Below are positions 41,734 to 56,596 of a stretch of 64,000 nucleotides of DNA, piece by piece. The first letter of the stretch is position 1; every line of letters begins with the position of its first letter. Source of the DNA: Laetmonice hystrix. Lineage: Eukaryota. Under the pieces are notes generated by a model. It did no database searches. It was not told the DNA's origin and saw only the letters and a program-made list of their open reading frames with translations. The position numbers and the translations under genes are program-made. The stretch spans positions 15,500,001 to 15,564,000 of the forward strand of contig OZ249437.1 in NCBI GenBank assembly GCA_965235115.1. The letters are read 5' to 3'.

Positions 41734-44700
41734 CCTTGTCCTGAAATGCTTGGCCGTATTCTTCTATATTCGGCGGACTGAAGCTCTAAGATAATCTGTG
41801 GCTATTTCAGGGAGGACAACATATATTGGGGACTAGATCTATAGCTCCTTATAAAAGATAACGTCAGGCTTAATGCCAACTATGAATACCTTCCCACGCC
41901 TTCATACTAGGTCATGGCTCTCGATTATAAATACTGTTATTTTCAATGCTCTGTGAGCCTGTAAAGCTTATGTTCTTTCTTTTCCCATAATTCTTCCTCG
42001 TACTGGCATTCATTCTTCCGGTCACGCATGCGCGGCATACTGCCAGACAAAGACGCGTCATGATTGTCAATTCACAATCTCTGGTTGAAAATAGTTTATT
42101 ATCATTCATAGAATACCGGATAGCTAGTCTCGGTAAACAGATGTAAACAACACTAACACATTTGCATAAAATTGCTTTAAACAAGCAAAAACGATGAGCA
42201 CCAGACACACAATATGTCTGAAAGTTCTTTCCCGCTTTTTCTAAAGTTACCTACAAATCATCTTTGGAATTAATTTAATCTTACTTACAGTAATTCAGTT
42301 CAAAAATATACATGCATATCATATCACTATTCAATTTTCAGAATATTGACCTTCAATTAAGAACGGAAACAGTGCTAACGGTAGTAGCTGACTAGTGCCC
42401 TCCTCCGCAGGGTTTTACGTGTTGGGGTACATAACCAGATAACGTCACATATTTACGGACTAGCTCATGGACAAATCTTCACTCGTTATCTTTAACGTAG
42501 ACAAAAATTGTGCTCTTATCTATGGTACTGACCGCAGCTCTGCAAATCTATATTACGGAACCAAAACGCTAACCACATTTTCTCAAAGACCGTCTATGGT
42601 AGAATCTTGGTCTGGTTTTATCAAAAAGTTTCAAGATTTGTTTAGTAACACTGGGTAGTAGTAATACTGGTGCATCATCTTGGGTCTTGAAATGACTTTT
42701 ACATGGTCCTCAGTCATTATTGACAAGGTTTTAATAATGTTATTTTGTGCTTTCCATTCAAGCAATCGTTCATGATTCTCAGACATATTACAGGTAGATT
42801 TTTCCAACCAAACTTAAAGAAACCGGGCACATTAACTGCTGATCTGTAGGAAGGCGGGGTGTGGGTGTGGGTGTGCCCGTATACTCGGGGGCACAATACA
42901 ACGAACGCGCTGACCACAGACAAAACTACACAACATAGGGTACCGGTATCCTAAATAAACTACCACAACTCACTGTCTAACTGTGGAGCGTTTAAAAATG
43001 TGTGACCAACTCTTCCCTCCCTCAGGGAGGTTGTTGTGTCGGAAAGGTCGGACTGACCGTTGTTATGACAACAGTCGGGTCCCAACCTCGTCAAGACCAT
43101 ACGACACTGACACCTGGTGGCGAACGAGCAGACTAACTTGTCTCAAAGATCATATATCTACCCATTTACACTTTACGACATCACTTAACATATAATAAAA
43201 GGTTTCCTCAGAAAAAACATCATCCCAAATTTTATCTACATAATCGTAAGAACTGAGCAATGTTGGACATATTCCGACGGATAATTACGATAAATTATTC
43301 AGGCAAGGCCAAGTGTAATTCTCAATGTGATAGCAACAGAACTGTGCAGTTCATCTATATATATATCAGCAGTAACTGTGTGAAGAAGACATAGCGGTGA
43401 AAATATACCGTGTTCATGAATGTGGACTGACCATATACAAAAATAATCTCATAAATCTCTGAAACAAACAGTGACACAAACTAAACTGCAGGCGAGCAAT
43501 ACGATATGCCAGTACGGTTCTGTTCGAACTCAATCCTTACTCTAGATCTGTAGCCGTCCATGACTCAGGGCAGTTGACCTCGCTAGACAGTGCTACCTGA
43601 GCGACTTTATCTGTCTACGTCATTTTGATATAAGCCATACGTATCAAACTCTGCATAGACGAAGTTTTGGTGTGATTAAAGAGGGCAGGAGATTCAATAT
43701 ATAACTCGAAATGAGTGCCTCAGTCGAATATTTTCATGTCAGGGAAAGTATTTTCTCGCGCAAATCTGCAAATGTTCAGCGACAATTTTGACAGTTCCTG
43801 TCTGGCACTAAGAAAAATGCCGGAGGTCAGGCGAACAGGAAACAAGCCTACATTACACAGCTATCGGTGATCTTTGTTGAGTGCTACATGTTTCAGCGTG
43901 TGACATGGAGAAATATTTATAGCACCATAGATTTTGAGTCGGCTTGGAATGGATGTCAGTTTGACAATGCCGATGTTCAGGCCCCATGTAGTGTTTTTTC
44001 AGTCAGTGAATGGGTCCACAGACGACTCAATGACTAGATCTGGTTACTAATTCACTGCTCTCTTTCAGGGAATAACTCCACCTCAATTATATTGCACCGT
44101 ATCTCTTCCGCATGACGTCATAACAATGTATACATGTATGAATAAATTCAAAAATAAAAACGAGCATTGCAAAACTACAATTAAAATATAGTGTTTAAAT
44201 TCACTGCAGTGCGGTAAGGACATAAACAAGGCACTGGACCCGCACAAAATGATTGATGCAGACTACAAAAGTAGCACACAGAAAGCTGGGCTTGAATTGT
44301 GAAGTTATAGTGGCACCTAGGATCAGGGCTTGTAGAACATCACGTATATTGTAAAGATAAAGCTTTGGGACGTGAAGCTGGTTATAAGCATTAATCTCAA
44401 CCTGTTTTCCTCACTCTAATCCAGTTGTACTTGTAGGTATTTCCAGAACAGTAGTTTTCCCACAATGTTTAAAGTTAGAATATGACTTTTTCCACCCATT
44501 TTTGTATAAGTACGGGTACAAAATATATAAGTCGATTCATATTTGCATTATTGTTTACCCCTGATGAGAATGATGGCACGGTGGCCGTACAAAGATCTAT
44601 GCTAGGATAGCGTCCGTCTTTTGGTCTGACTCTGCCGCTGCCCGTTAGAAGCGAGCCGTTTTTAAACTCACATTTCTTACAATCTAAAGTTGTCAAGAGA

Positions 44701-45489
44701 TAGATGTCTGCGAACAATCTGTACCACAGATCTCTGATATGTACGACCTCATGAGTTCTATCTACCATTCCTTGCTTCACATACTGATGAAGATACACTG
44801 AAAATAAAAGTTTAAAATGTTCAATTTAAATGGTGCTTTAAGATATCTTAAGTTTTGTCGTTTGAGATGGTTCACTATTACATCACATTATCGCCACACA
44901 GTTCAAACTTTGGTATAATACACGTGGATTTTGACATAACCATGTACATGTGTACAACATGTCATATATATAATTTAGACGTCCCACTCAATACATACAG
45001 ATTCTCTTATTTTAAAATGTACATATACCGGAACACGACAATTATAAACCCCTTCTATGTGGCTGACTCGCAGCCCAGCTAGGTATCTCCGTTATTGCAT
45101 CGGTTACCAAGGTAACCGGAAGATGTATCATACATTAGACAACATTTACAGACATAAATAACTCCGCTACAACAACCATTTACAACTGAGCTTCAGGGAA
45201 AAAAAACTTAATAAATTAGAGAAATCTATACAAAGAGTCTTCAGGACAAGTGACTTGATAGAAAATGTTGCCACCAAGAGATCGAGAATGATGGAGATCA
45301 GGGATGACTCCGCCGTAGAGTGAAGTCACGTTTAACATACAGTAGCCATTTTGTGCAGCATATCGTTTAGTCTTGTTTTCAAAACATCTTCATGGTAAAT
45401 ATTTTAAACGGGCTGCCTTTCTCGAGCAATGAATGACTGTGTGCCTTTAGGAAACGGCATTTGTCATCCAACAAGACCGTATAGACGTG

Positions 45490-48400
45490 TTAGCCTTGTA
45501 ATAACTGCGCCGCGTCCCAGAGGGCAGCACCAGTCGTGGTGGACAGAAAGAACACTCGTTGAGCATCCTCCTTGGAGGCGACGAAATCTTCGATGGCAAA
45601 TCGTCCTATAGTGTTCGCCCGTGATAGATCTAACCAGACTGCTAGCGCCTCCTGTGGGCAGGCCGAGGTCAGTACTGCCTTGATCTCCTGCTCCCCAGGG
45701 CCCCACAGCATGAACTGACACATCATATGTGCCTTTATTATCGTCTGGATGGTGTTCTCCTCCAGTACCATGGCCACCTTATTGAGGCCCCTGGAGTAGC
45801 GCGTCTGTGACGGTATGGTCCCCCGTCGTGGTGCGGCCTTAGAGTCCTGAATCAGATATAGTATCAAGTCCCGAAGCTGTGCCACGAAGGACCCACGCTT
45901 GACACTCTTGGCGGTGATATGACAGTGATGTGGCAGAACGAGCACGTAGTTCTCTTGGAGTCCGCTAGGTGTCACCCCGAGCACCTCGTTGGTCTGGAAG
46001 CAGCGCGGGGTGCAGCCCTGGTCGAGAAGGTAGAGGATTGCACTCAGTGTTTGCTGGAGTACCGTACAGAGGGCGCGGTGGTAGACTGGAGGTTTGATAG
46101 CATACAGACCCCGCAGGGCCATGCAGTGGTCCTCTAGAGTACACACACTGGCGAACGGTAGCACCCAGACTGTGGTTGGGACCATACCACACGGTCCGTA
46201 CACGTGAGGATCCGACATCTTGGATACGTCAGGAAAATACGATGATGACACATGGTCCTGGTAGAGGGCGCTGGGGTGGAGGACCCCGACGTGAGGCTGA
46301 GGAGGGACGTCGGTTGGCAGAGGACGAACACTTATCTAAAACCGGGACGGTACACAGTTAACCACGGAATGTAAAACTTACCACGCTGGTTAGGATTGTA
46401 GACTGGGTCAGATATACATGAAAAATTCCTGCATCTGTTGTACATATTAACAAACATAACATTTCTATATAGTTACTTTCACCTGGTTCTATAAACAAAT
46501 AACCTTTTTGACGGTCAGCTCATTTACTACGTCCTCATCACTGCAGATACATGATTGTTTACAAAGAAAATAATATAAGTAAATTTATCAAGACCAGAAA
46601 AATGCTGAAGAAATTAAAAAAAATTGTAAAAAGCTTGACTTACCATGAGCATACAATCCCGAATGCTGAGTTTGTTAGTGGAGACCCGGTAGTAGGCCAT
46701 ACCCTCGTGTGAATACACAGGGGTCTCACTCTCCAGGCTGAAGTCTGACCACCGCAGTAGTGTAGGCGAGGCTGGGGCTCGGACAAACATCGAATCGACG
46801 GCCTCCCTGATCTGTAGGAGAGTCATCATCTGCATCCCAGTCAGTCTCTCCCAGCCGTCAGGTAGTGTGAACCCGAGCCCGCCTGGCTCAGCCCCCAGCT
46901 CGTCATTAGTGTACATGACCACGTACGAACTGCTACAACCGGCTGGTCGTGGGGACAGTTTCCGCCGTGGGATAGGTTTCGGTCGCCAGTCGCCAGTGTC
47001 GATGTCCAGGTTGGTTTCATTGGTACAGGCCCCGCCCAGGTTCATGAGGAGCGGGTGGGTGTCCAGCAGCGGGTCGTCACTGCCGGGACCGCCAGGGCAA
47101 CCCCCGCACACGTGGTCCGGGGAATGGTCGTGGAGTACAGGCGCCAGGTAGTCGGAGCTCGTCGTCATGACGTTCGGATTGCTAGGCTCAGCTGCTGACG
47201 CTAACGACGCCGACGATGACGACACAGGACTCTTGAGGACGACAGTGGTCTTGCTCTGTGCCGAGGACGAGCTCGTGGATGTCTGGTCAGAGGGTGTGTC
47301 AGCGAACATGTCATCATCATCCTCCACGTCCTCGTACGGCGTGGTGGATCGTTCCCGCCGGTCCCGGCCAAGGAGGGCACTCACCGGGTCGAGCACCCGG
47401 GCTGTCCCGGCCGGGTGCCCGGCGGGGTGTCCAGGGGACAGCCCGGAGGGAGCGTCCCCTGGCTCCTCGTCATCATCAGGAGAAACTGTCTCGTATACAT
47501 TCTCTGGGTGGAACTCCTCCTCCTGTACTGGAGGCGGAGACGGCAGCTTGCGGGAGGAAAACTTGCTACCACTCAGCTCCATGGAGAGGTTAGTCAGCGT
47601 GTCGTGTTCTGTACCAACAAAATACAATCACTCAAGTTTCAGGATTATCAGCCGCTTAGATTAATTTACTGCAGATTACTGGATACAACTAAAAGCCCCT
47701 CCTATGTTTGTTCCCAGTGGAAAAGCACTTTCAAAAAAGGCTTCAGCTCAGATACAGCAAAATTATCTTATTCAGAGAATGGGAGGGACTCACTGAGAAC
47801 GGTGTTGATGAGCTCGACGTCACAGGACATCCCCTCAGAGAGGGTTTTAGACCGGAACTGTCGCCCCTTGGGTCTCTGCGCCTGCCGACCCGTGGGAACT
47901 TCCTTGAAGCTGGTGGTAGGTCGGGGCAGGGTCTGAGTCTTCATACGAACCTCCTCCGGGGTGAAGGAGGACAGAGGTCGGGGGGTACCGTTCGGGGGGG
48001 ACTGGAGGTCGGCACCGCCCGAGAGACGCCTACCGCCATCTGGTGGCGGCGGAGGGGCACTAGCTGGTTTCCGACGCTGGCCTTTCGCTGAAACCACAGT
48101 GAAATGACACAATTCTAATTCGACGCCATTTCGGATTCTCACAATACTTACCAGAAATTGTAAAATACAAATCTACTTTCGGAAAGAAATTATATTAATA
48201 TATATAACTGCCTGTGTCTCCACACGCTCTGACGCATAAAAATTGGTTTCACCAAGCGTTATAGGCAAGTCATTCATATTGTTCCTTTGAAATTTGTCTC
48301 AGTGCAAATTGTGCTTATATTACCAGGTGAACCCTCTACATTATGACTGGCATAGTGAATTACAGGTTAGGCTCCTTGAACCTCAGTTCCACATAATGAA

Positions 48401-51120
48401 GCGATAACGCCCAGTTTCCACTCACCAGCATGCAGCTCAGACTTTGGCCTTGGTTTCCGATCCAGCGTCATGGTGTGTCCGGCGTGGCCGTGGGTGGCGC
48501 CACCGTCGAGCGAGTCCCGCGGTGAGACAGCACACGGTGGAGGACTAGTGCTGCCCCCTCCCGCCTCGATCATTCCGACGTTCACCTCGATAATGGCCGA
48601 TGTCCGGTCGAGTCGGGGAGCCGAGATCTCGGGCCGCCGACCGTAGATTTCCGAGAACGTCTCGCCCTTACCACCGTCCTTCCTGTTGGTCGGACTTAGC
48701 GGCCCCTTGGGGCTAGCAGGGCCGTCTGTAGGCGAGGATGACTTGGAGGGGGTGTTTTGGCTGGGGTCTGGGTATTTAGGGGAGGGAGGAGGGGGGACGT
48801 TTGGGCGGGGTGAAACTGGGGACGTGCACGAGCTGCGGCGGTTCGTCTGCTGGCCGCTAGGCGGCGGAAGAGGGGGTGGCGCTGCAGGAGCCCGACGTGA
48901 CTTCTCGGGTTTGGCCTTGACCTCGGGTTTGGCCGAGACATCCGGCTTACTGACCGCTGTTACCTTGGTAACGTCTTCCAAACCACACGTTTCCATGGAG
49001 GTCCTCCTTACTGGGGACGTGCTGCCCTTCACAGCCGGGCCCTCGATACTGATCGAGTGCCGGTCCTTACCTGGGACTGTATCCTTCCAGGTACCTTCAA
49101 CAGACTTTCTATCCTTCCCACTAGGGGGCGCCTGGTCCGTTTTGGCGTTCGACTTCTGTGACTCCGGTCCTGCTCTTTGAGGTTGACTTTCACTACTGCT
49201 TCTCCCGACCTGCTTCAAGGTAGACTTGTCACACCCCTCCGTTTTGGGGTCATCGACTCGCTTTAATAGTTTCTTCTCAAGAGCAGGGGAATAGTTGCCG
49301 TCTGACGCCGCTGACCCTTCTCGCTTACTCTCGCGGTACTTGGCGATGGCTCCAGCTATATCTTTCTCGCCTATAGAAGAGTTCCTTGCCAGTGCTTGTT
49401 TTAATTCAGCGTTGAACAAAGCGGGTTCCCTCACGGACTCGACCCTGGACAGGGACTTGGCGACCTGCACCAGTTTCTCGTCGGTATCACTGGGCACCCG
49501 ACCCCGGGGGAGTCGTGGGGAGTTCTCCACGCTCGCCGATAGACTGCTACCCTTGGACGTCCCCTGGCCTTCCTCACTGCCCACACTGACCACGTCAGAA
49601 TCCAGGGTCGTGGGACCGTCATTCGACCCTGCCCCACCTTCCTCACTCTCTGCACTACCACTGCCCAGGCCAAACAACTTCCGAAAGAACGACTTGCCAA
49701 CGCTACCTTTGCGGGTTTTCTCCGGCCTGGTTTCCTCTTTCGCTGCCTGTGCTGCCTTCTTCTTATCCTTCTTACTGATAGGTACCTGGATCAGCTCAGT
49801 GTCCCCGCTAGGTGGCGACTCTGTGCAGGATGGCCCCGTTGCCTGCTCAGGACATTTCCCTGTTGCTTTCTGTTTATGAAAGTCCAAACTCAGGGCTATC
49901 GTGCTGACCTTGGCCTCGAAAACCGCTGATTTCTGACTGGAGGATCGACTTGGAATGTTCCTGGCGAACTTCCCCTCCCCGTCCTTGCTCTCTTGTTTGG
50001 ACTGTTTGCCGGGATCAGTCGCTATGTCAGCTGGGTCCTCAACATCCTCATACACCCCATTGTCTGTTCCTGGTGGGGCCACGGCCAGCATCTTCCTGGT
50101 CGTGGTTGGTGATCGGAACGGGAGGGTAGACTTACCAGGTGAAGCTCTCCCCCCTCCGCCCCCGCCACTGGGGTCCGTACCCCCACCCCCACCCTCAGGA
50201 CTCTCCCCGGATTCTAGCATCCGCATGAAATGCCGCAGCTTAGGACTGCCCCCGTCCTTCCTCCGGCTGAGTGGAGAGCTAGTTGGGGAGCCCCTAGCGA
50301 GGGGAGAGGCACTGCGGCCCCTGCCATTGGTGTCCTTGTCAGGAGGACCCGAGGCTGGCATACCAGGCGGGCCTCCACCGTCCGGGTCAACCCCTGGAGG
50401 GTCGGTACTGATATCAACCACTGTGTAGGGCATGACGATGTCGATGTCATACTTGAGTCTGTCTACGGATGGGTTCCTGACGTGGCTGGCGACCGGCGCT
50501 GGACACCCGGACATTCCCTTGAAGGACACGTCGTACTTGGAGTAGTAGTGCTGCTCATTGCTCTCAGGGACAGCAACAGGCTTGGGGACAATATCATAGG
50601 CGCCGTCGGCTGGGGCCTGCTTCGTGTTTCCGCCAGCAGAGGGCGCGCCATATATCCCTCCATCAACGACGATCCCGGGGTCACCCTTGGCATCCAAAGA
50701 CGAACTCCTTGGTTCGCAGTTTACTTTCTGCGATTTAACTGAAGACTTGGGTGAGATAGTTGGTTTGGCGGCAGTCACGGCAGGCTTGGCCCGACCTCTG
50801 CCTTTGCCCTCAGCCTCTGGGCTTCCTTGTTTGAGTCCTCCTGGTTTGGCTGCTATGGTCGGCTTCACCCTGGCCTCTGGTTTTGTCCTCAGTTTCTCAG
50901 CGTTGCCGTTTTCCACCTCGCCTCCGTTCCTGTCCTGGGCAGTCTCGGGTGGCGTGGACGACTCGGCATTGGAGGGGGTCCGGCTGGCTGGCCTGGCCGG
51001 TTTCACGGGTCGTTTGGCCGGGACTGGCGCGTTGGCGTGCTTGTCACGGGGCTTGAGACAGTTAGCGCAGAGGTCCTGCTTCCAGGCGTGTTGGGAGAAC
51101 GAGTCGCAGGCCTCCGACAT
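45490..51120 (-). CDS. PEAK1: PEAK1/pragmin (SgK269/SgK223)-family pseudokinase scaffold, 1599 aa
   Basis: Exons 51120-48426, 48087-47794, 47608-46644, 46335-45490 splice in frame (4800 nt). The N-terminus MSEACDSFSQHAWKQDLCANCLKPRDKH matches the PEAK1 N-terminal Cys/His motif; also MPYTVVD and C-terminal FMLWGP...WLDLSRA (SHED helices). Orthology to PEAK1 versus PRAG1 cannot be resolved here. Confidence 0.85.
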
Positions 51121-54100
51121 GTCGGTAAGAGGAGCTTACAGAGGCGTCAGGTGTACATGTGTTATTGTAGTGTAAGGGGGGCTCTGGATACACTCCACTG
51201 CCTGGTCTGGTAGGTCAGTGCATTAACCGTTACCGTTTTCACATAATCTTTAATCTCCTGAGACTCGTACAGCGGTCCTCAGAGCCTCCACCACTTACAC
51301 ATGTTGTTGTGGGTACCTTAATGGCAAGGTCACGTGACCTACCCCATTTCATACTATCCGTTGTACCGAAACCGTTTCATGAACGTTTTCTATCCTCTCA
51401 TATTATCGTACAGGTCTTACTGTCGGCAAAACCATGTGTTTGCCAAATGCCAGTCATTGTTTTCTTGTTTATAAGCCACGTTCAAGTCCAACTGCTCCAC
51501 TCTGAAACACACGAACGGCAAAAAAGATGAGAATTTGAAAATATAATAGCGAAACTGACCATTAGAAATTTACAGTAAACGGTCACCTTACTGTAACAAT
51601 CAAGTCGAGCAAGTCATTTTTAGAGTAACACAGAAACCAACATAAATTTGCCTGAATTGTAATTATAATCAGTTATTGTAATTTATTTTTTTTAATATTG
51701 CAAACAAAAGAATGTACATGCCATCAGTTACTATCTTAAGAAATGCGAAATTAAGAAGATACGTATAATATTAAGATGTACAAAATACCAATTGATAGAT
51801 TAATAGGTGCCTTATGTCGGTTCTGCCAACGTTAAACACCTCCTGATTTTTCCTCCTCACTTTTGTCATGTAGTTAACCTGTTTTTTTATCCTAGATTAT
51901 TATCCTAGATCTTTCTCTTGTACTCATAGACAAACACCCACACTGCTATCAATAGGCGGCACTTCTCACATAATCGAAATGACAAATATATATATATCAA
52001 CTTTATCATATCAGATTAACATAAATAAAACAAAATACTATATTTATGAACTAATATTTCCAAGATAAACATTGTCTATCAAAACTAGGTTGAAATGTTC
52101 AATAAAAATATTTAGCCTATCATGACGGTATGACATGTTGAAGTGTCTTTGTAACGTCGTGGTGGTAATAATTTACAATACATTCCTCTCTAATGTTCTC
52201 CTAATCCGTTGAGTCACTGGACCTCCCACCCCTGTTTCCACCACCTCCATTCAGTGGTAATCCCACCCCCACCCCAGCTGAACTTTGGCACCCTTATCTC
52301 TAACCCCAGCCGGTAAACACCACAGCCGGTGTTGTATCCGGGACCTGCCTGCCATGTTGGCCCGGCACACCACAATTCTTGCCTTATTAGGACCGAGTCG
52401 TGCGTTCCGCCTTTTAACGTGAGAACGTAGCAATCATCCGCTTCACCGGTCTCCATCTCCCTAATGTTCTCCTGATCTGTGAAAGGCACAAACGTCATCA
52501 TTCACTTACCAGTATACGCCGAGTTTTCCCATGCTCGTGTTCAAACATGAAACATGCCAATATCTTCTCATAGACGTCCGTTATGGCAGTAACAAATGGT
52601 TTAAATTAATACCACTGCCAGCCCTACCTCCTGTCTCTGGGTACCGTTCCCACAGAACACAGTCCCAGACCTGTCAGTACGTTAGAATAGGTACAGTTGA
52701 TACCAGTGTAACCAGGCCCAAACGATGCCTGATTCAAACTGCCATTTGCCTGTACTACTACTCGTGCCAATGACGACTGGCTGGCAGTGTCTGGTCGGGA
52801 CGACACCAACCACCTGCTGCTGGGGATGTGGAGGACGGCGGCTACCCGCCCTCACTCCGCTCTGACGCACTTTACGGCTCAATCGATCGCTCCCCTTTTC
52901 TGTCTCTTAAAAATCCACGAATCAATTTACCCCAAAAAATCACTAAATTGCTGCCAAAATAAAAGTATGCATACTGTAAGGCAGCGCTCACCTGTGGAGG
53001 AGATCTAAGGTTGAATCACACTGAGTGGCCTACATGTTCAACAGGCCTCATCCAGCATAGCACCATTTCGCAGAGATGCTCTGCCTGACCCGATATGGCT
53101 TTCTTCTGACCACTGTCTAATTATTACATTAGCATCAGTCGAGCTGTGAGCGCTTACGATGTAATCGTTGACGAGCTGGTGGTCGTCAATGATCAATGGT
53201 TAGATGGTGACGGACAGACGGACGGACCGAGGCTCGGCTCGCCATGAGTCATCGACCGTTCCGTCACCCACCCACCCACCCCACCCCCGTATAGAGTCTA
53301 CACACAGACACATCGTCTCCTCTTGTCTGCCTGACTCAGCCAGCCAAGATGATGACGGTGGTGCCCTTCACGGCAGGCAGAGAGGCTGGACACACATACG
53401 TGTTGTATATCTCCAGTACAGATGACCGTTAGACTGCCCAGTGGTCAACGCAACGCCTGCTATGATGGCAGCATCATGCCATTACTGCATTATATTCCGG
53501 CGTTTCAACTTACAACGTTTTACAAGAAATATGACAGGCTCCATTGTCTCCAATTGAAAGAGTGTTTTTAACTGACCATGCAGGGATCGTGCAGAAGAGT
53601 GCTGACCATGCAGGGACCAGGGCCTTGGCCTACCTCTGTCCCAGTGTTTTCTGCTGGTTGACCTACGGCCGCCTTTGATGATCGCAAACGTAACTTGCAT
53701 CCGAGATCAACAACAGAGGATTGCCAACCTAAGGAGGCACACTACTTATCTAAGAGCACCCTTGGGGTCGTTGCCTTCATCACCTCTTTGATAGCGCGGT
53801 CACGTGATGACGTGCGTACACCATGACTCCCGGGTCTTCCAGAACCAGGCCGGTCTCTCAGGCAACAATACCTTACTCAGGCGAGGTTTAGAGCAGCCAT
53901 TATACTGGTCATTGTCCCAAGGTTGCCTCGTCAAGGCCCCTGTAATCAATCATCTCGACTAGCATTCCGTGCGTACAACCATCCCCCTTCCCCTAACAGG
54001 TCCCCATCATCCCTGACATAGGGCATTGAGATGGATACTGAAGTCTCGTCGTGGATTCTCCATCGCCGGAAGTAGGTGATGCCCTACCCGGAAATACGTG

Positions 54101-56596
54101 AACCTAAACAAAGATTCAAGAGGTTTGCATTTAATTTATCAGCGAAGTTTTCAAGAGTAAAGGGCAACATGACCGCAAACTTTTTTTTCAAACAACAAGA
54201 ACCCAGAGAGGTATTTGATACTGGCAGCATGTTCATGTTTAAGTTTTTAACTGCAAGGACTGTGACTGACCCGCCATCTGGCGGAGATAGGCGATAGTCC
54301 TACTGACCTACTGGATCCGACGAAAACATTACAATTGACCGCTGTGACGTCATCATCCCCACCCATAACTCCAATCTCCGACCCTAAATTCTCTCACTCA
54401 GGGTAAGAGACTGCAAACCCTTTTGGTACCCCCTCCCTCCCTGGCATAGCCAGCCAGTCTTGCCCAGCACTCACTGGTCACCCTTCTCACCCCACCCTAC
54501 TGTGGGAATGACTGGTTGGCAGTCATGTCAGGAGCACGGCTGGAGGATCCCCACGGCCTACTGTAGGACCCTGCTGGTCCACTCAGGGCACGGAGAGACG
54601 TAGTCATCTGAGGTTAACTATGCGGTCGTACATTACGTCAGGCGAGCAAGGCGGGAAATGTAATATGTTATCACAGACCTGACAAATGTCGCTACAGTAG
54701 TATGCAGTTAGGGAAATGGTGGGGTTAAATCAGACGAAAAACACCCCAAGGGTGTTTACAGCTGGGGGGAAAACGTCTCTATGCATGAAATCCACATAAA
54801 GGTTTTCATATAGTTTAGAAATTCTTTACTGAATTAGAAAAATAGAGGTCAGATACGAAGACAACACTAACAATGCTCAGTACATCTTTCAAAATAATGA
54901 TCAATAATTGCAACGACAGATTGAAGCCGTGGTCCCAGTCATCAAGCAAGAATTACCAAGCTTACCAATATGTCATCTACTCTCTTCAAGGTCACACAGC
55001 CGTTCTGTGGTGACCTTGACGGAGGAGAACTCTACACCAAGTCACCTCTCATACGTCAGATCATGATTGTGTAATGTGTAAGTAGGCCTACATTAGTTGA
55101 AAGAGAAGTCAGGTTTGACATAGTGGAGATCAGAGCCAGTGGTGAATGTATGTCATTGAATGTGTACCGCTCACAGGTCGTAAAGATCACAGGCAGGGTA
55201 TCCTTGACGGGGTGTCCTCACCACCCGGGGTTAAACTGACGGACGGTAGTGACGTCATAACCTACATATACTTCAGCCAATCACGATTCGACATGGTTGA
55301 TGACAGACTCCTCCTCCATCAAGATAAAAATGGGAACAATAGAAACAACAGTACATGTAAACACGATGTTCTATTGCAGCCCTTTGTCATTGTATCTGAA
55401 ACCCTCCAGAGGTAGGGCAATGTAAACACCCCCTTTAATCACGCAGGACTCTGCGTACATAACGACCCCCCCCCCCCCTCCTTCCCCCGCAGGACTCAAT
55501 ACACCACCACCACCCGGCTCACAGCATAGAATCCTGGACAGAACGCGCTCTCACTGTACTACTACATAAAAACAGGTGCTTTCGTTTAAAAACAACATTT
55601 CTGAAAATCTGGTCGCATCCGGTTATTTGGCATTTTTATAAAGATATGATGTTATTTTATGAACGAGATAATATTATATGCTAGTACACAATGTATGTGA
55701 GTAAGTGCTATAAAGGTTATGCAGTGACGTCATTTTGAGGGAAACAGCATGGTAATGTTTATGTTTATGTGCATGCCCATTGGCGGAGACAGGTCACGGT
55801 TCATTGGCTTCTATTCTGCTGGGCCTATTTTTAATGTATACCTCGGTTTGTTTTCCCTCCAAAATACGTCACCTACACAACCTCTGTTGTGATCATATTT
55901 GGTTAAAACTGCCACAGGTCTGACGACCCAAACACAGTAATAAATACGTTTATGAAATCACCGATCAACATCAAGGTATACAACCCGATCCTCAAACATT
56001 CCAGTTGAACATGAAATGCTAACACACTGCAGCACCCTTAAATGTTAAAATTCGTATTCTTAAAGCAGGTTCGTTAAATTATAGATGCTATTAACGAGCA
56101 GGTGCCTTCTTGAGCTGTTCCTCTATGTGGTGAGGGTTGAGAAGCTGTTGATTGTGTCGTCATCAGTCACTGACGGTAAATGTGGTAGTAAAACGGTAAA
56201 TTTACCGTAACCAACAACACGCACCTGGATGCACACATATACCGGTGCTGGAGTCTACAACACGTCTGCTATATATATTCCCATATGGTGGTAATTAACC
56301 GTACATTTGTACCTGCATGAATTACTGCTTCCTCAGATCCTGTCATGAAAAGCACAGCGGCAGACATTGTTAAGATAATTACCCGTATGCCATTACATAT
56401 CGATTCACTTATAACAACATTAAAGGGTAAAAGTGGGCCGACAAGAAAAGACATCGATAACACAATGAACCATATATACCGGGGTATTCATCTGCGGCAA
56501 GAGGAAGAAAATAACAGAGCAAGACTGAGGCGCCCCCTACTGGGGATTTAATATAGCTAACACCCCTCATTATCAGGTAGTAGAGACTACCAGTAC

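Noticed and set aside
46867-51213. Plus-strand ORFs overlapping the PEAK1-like exons
   Set aside because: Antisense shadows of GC-rich coding sequence.
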